From an uncultured Verrucomicrobiae bacterium (lineage in GTDB: Bacteria; Verrucomicrobiota; Verrucomicrobiia; Chthoniobacterales; Chthoniobacteraceae): 64,000 bases of DNA. Position 1 is the stretch's first letter; every line of letters begins with the position of its first letter. The DNA lies in NCBI GenBank assembly GCA_963836755.1, contig CAWIKF010000002.1, positions 480,001 through 544,000 of the forward strand, in the 5' to 3' direction. The notes beneath the pieces were generated by a model. That model made no database searches. It had not been told where the DNA came from and saw only the letters and a program-made list of their open reading frames with translations. This document shows, in pieces, positions 62,401 to 64,000 of this stretch. The translations under genes were made by a program, and so were the position numbers.

Positions 62401-63516
62401 GAAAACTTTGAACCGCCAAAGACGTTGATGGAACTCGCGCTGCGCGAAATTTGGGAGGAACTTCTCGGGGTCCATTCGATCGGCGCGACGGACGATTTTT
62501 TTGATCTCGGCGGTCACTCGCTGCTCGCGGTGCGGATGATCGCGGAGGTCGAGAAACGGATTGGGAAAAAACTTCCGCCGCGCGTGCTTTTTGAAAATCC
62601 GACGATCCGCCACGTCGCGGCTGTGCTCGAGCAGCATCGTGAAATCGAGCCGCGCTCGCCGTTGATTCCGATCCGCACTGAGGGAACGAAGCGGCCGTTT
62701 TTCTTCCTGCACGGAAATTACACGGAGGGCGGATTTTACTGCATGAACATGTCGCGCTGGCTCGGCGCGGATCGGCCTTTTTACGCGATCGCGCCGCATG
62801 GCGTGCATGATGAGCTCACGTATTCGGTGGAAAAGATGGCGGCGTCGCGGCTCGAGCTTTTGCGTTCGGTGCAGCCGCACGGCCCATATTTGCTGGGCGG
62901 ATATTGCAACGGCGGATTCATTGCTTACGAAATGGCGCGGCAGCTGCGGGCGGCGGGCGAAGAAGTGGCGGCGCTCATCGTGCTCGCAGCGGATGGGAGC
63001 AACACGGGGTTCGGCTGGCTGCGGTCGGCGACGCAATTCTTCGGCCGGATTCTCGGGCACGACGAGGAAGGCCAAAGCCGGATTTTTGTCAGATGGCGGC
63101 GGCGCATTTCGCTCTGGCGCTCGTATCGCCGCCAATTTTGGACGGATGTGCCAGCGAGAGAACGCCCGGCGATGCTGATGGCGAAAGGGCTGCGGCTTTT
63201 TGAGAAATTGAAACGGCGTCCACCCGAGGCGAAACCAGCGGCGCAAACTTCGGTGACGGATCACATCAACGAAATCTACGAGGATGCGCTTTTCGGCTAC
63301 GTGCCCGGCGCGTTCGACGGCGAGATGCACGTGCTTTGGCCGCGGGAACACTCGATGGAAGCGGTGAATGCGGAGCCGGAGGGCTGGCGCAAAGCGGCGC
63401 CGCGCGCGACGATTCACGCGGTGCCGGGAACGCATTTCGGATTGCTGCTCGGGGAAAACTTACACGCGGCATCGCAGATCATTCGCGACTGCCTCGAGAA
63501 GACCGACGCGGGTTAG
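59476..63516 (+). CDS. Terminal NRPS module C-A-T-TE
   Basis: HHAVSDG, FTSGSTGEPKG, FDAATFEIW, FFDLGGHSL, TE GPYLLGGYCNGG and GTH. Confidence 0.94.
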   Translation: MVPESIASAEPDKADVFVFPASLAQQRFWTLDQLEPGNSAYNVAVRFRLEGPLRLGILERAVNEIVRRHEILRTTFAEENGEPVQIVTPELSLRVGCIDLRYLAEPERREEAERLALIEARAPFDLKTGPLLRVSLLQLADEEHVLLITLHHAVSDGWSIGVITDEIGAIYGAFARGQASPLPELPIQFADFTLWQREHSDGDAMAAKLAYWKEKLRDAPELNLHTDRPRHGSQSFNGNIVSRLLPKPLTNALRELSAREDVTFFTLMLTAFNVLIHRYTGQEDIVLGSPIAGRSRVDLEPLIGVFINTLVLRNDLSGDPTFREVLTRVCHTVLDAMANEDAPFEKLVETLKPARDVRRNPIFQINFTFQRDFIKPIEFAGVRLTAIPSKSPGSLFDLTFFLVERSEGWRASCEYNCDLYEVKTVERMLAHFENLLAAIHANPLRKLSEFDFLTDAEERQLLVEWNATKIDYPRDQTLAEIFHEQAQRIPDAIALEFFDRTMSYRELDIASNRIANFLQGEGVGAQTIVGVYMDRSSALIVALLGILKAGAAYLPIDLAYPRERIAFIAADAKVPFVLSQRSLAGALPAGLRAVTPEDWSSVKDVSRPPSAATAESVAYVMFTSGSTGEPKGVVVPQRAVSRLVINTRYVAFKQGDVVAHASNVAFDAATFEIWGALLNGGRLVGIAQAALLSPPDLEREIVTRKITTLFLTTALFNQLARQMPRGFSSLENLVFGGDAGDPAAVREILKSGAPPRRLVNGYGPTETTTFAVCHEVKVLDEDAMSIPIGRPISNTNVYVLDRNRKLVPIGIPGELYIGGDGLALGYLNRPELTAERFVPHPFTGGARLYRSGDLARYLPDGTLECLGRLDNQVKLRGFRIELGEIEAVLGRHSAVRQCAVLARADESGQKRLVAYVVAREGKQCPTADLLGLLRESLPEYMLPAAFVFLDALPLTANGKLDTRALPAADALERGGENFEPPKTLMELALREIWEELLGVHSIGATDDFFDLGGHSLLAVRMIAEVEKRIGKKLPPRVLFENPTIRHVAAVLEQHREIEPRSPLIPIRTEGTKRPFFFLHGNYTEGGFYCMNMSRWLGADRPFYAIAPHGVHDELTYSVEKMAASRLELLRSVQPHGPYLLGGYCNGGFIAYEMARQLRAAGEEVAALIVLAADGSNTGFGWLRSATQFFGRILGHDEEGQSRIFVRWRRRISLWRSYRRQFWTDVPARERPAMLMAKGLRLFEKLKRRPPEAKPAAQTSVTDHINEIYEDALFGYVPGAFDGEMHVLWPREHSMEAVNAEPEGWRKAAPRATIHAVPGTHFGLLLGENLHAASQIIRDCLEKTDAG

Positions 63517-63998
63517 TGCGGACTTTTCTGCGGAACTGGCATCACCCGGGTTGTTTGCTGCGTCGGCAAAAATTTCTCGAATTTCACTTCCGGAAACGCG
63601 GGTGAATTCCCGTCCAACAGCGGCGACGGCTTTCGGTTGAGCGTCTTTTCGAAAAACGCGAGCGTGTAGCGATTTGCGATGTAAATGCCGCGCGCGGGGC
63701 TGAGCACGCCGGCGGGGGCGTGCCAGCGGCGCGGATTAAACAGTGGCGCATCGGTGAAAACATCGTGCTCCGCGCCCGCGACGGTCACGCTGTAGCTGCC
63801 GTTGCGCCGATGGAAGGCGTTCAAATCGCGGATCGCCATTTCGAGGAGCTTCGCGAAATTCGCCGCCTCGGCCGGCGACACCGCGGGAAGCTCCGTGTCG
63901 CCGACCATGATCAAAAACGGCTGGCGAATTTGCACGGTTCGCGCCGATCCGAACAGGACGCCGTCGAGGTCAAGGCCGGCTTTGAATCGCGAATCGGC
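63513..63998 (-). CDS. Alpha/beta hydrolase (PAF-acetylhydrolase-like), C-terminal part, 5' end outside window
   Basis: Frame is open to the window edge: ADSRFKAGLDLDG...QPFLIM...GAEHDVFTD...YTLAFFEKTL. Confidence 0.75.
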   Translation of the reverse strand, partial: ADSRFKAGLDLDGVLFGSARTVQIRQPFLIMVGDTELPAVSPAEAANFAKLLEMAIRDLNAFHRRNGSYSVTVAGAEHDVFTDAPLFNPRRWHAPAGVLSPARGIYIANRYTLAFFEKTLNRKPSPLLDGNSPAFPEVKFEKFLPTQQTTRVMPVPQKSPH

Positions 63999-64000
63999 TG

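Noticed and set aside
1..64000. CRISPR arrays, tRNA/rRNA, IS elements, prophage, anti-phage defence genes
   Set aside because: Intergenic gaps are short, and I saw no spaced direct repeats, cloverleafs, transposase, integrase or defence-type domains. A covariance-model scan was not possible.

Overview
A gene-dense, GC-rich bacterial chromosome segment with about 58 CDSs. I found no rRNA, tRNA, CRISPR array or mobile element. The source is probably a diderm of the PVC superphylum, most likely Verrucomicrobiota (inference from the fused lpxC-fabZ, scarce Shine-Dalgarno motifs and many FHA/Ser-Thr kinase proteins). Bases 1-33 kb are mostly housekeeping: trpS, a PUR-domain protein, mlaEFD with a PIN/TRAM gene, carB, dodecin, an ECF sigma factor, a sugar ABC transporter, a GH2 beta-mannosidase, usp-mntH/mntR, two pilT paralogues, folP, a PHP phosphatase, split pta, trxA, gltA and sucCD. 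Bases 33-40 kb hold a candidate envelope-signalling module: OmpA-like protein, FHA-FHA-ABC exporter, kinase-pseudokinase-TM-Sel1 protein and a lipoprotein. Bases 41-50 kb hold lipid A and envelope genes. Bases 49.9-64 kb hold a hybrid NRPS-PKS cluster: JmjC oxygenase, A-T loader, AT-less KS-ACP-aminotransferase-C-A-T, C-A-T-TE with a Cys nucleophile, and a convergent alpha/beta hydrolase cut by the window edge. The best leads are that cluster, the pThr-signalling module, a membrane-anchored protein with repeated K-[KR]-E-T-x-R-I motifs, and several signalling proteins with substituted phospho-acceptor residues. All calls come from reading motifs by eye; no database searches were run, so novelty is unverified.
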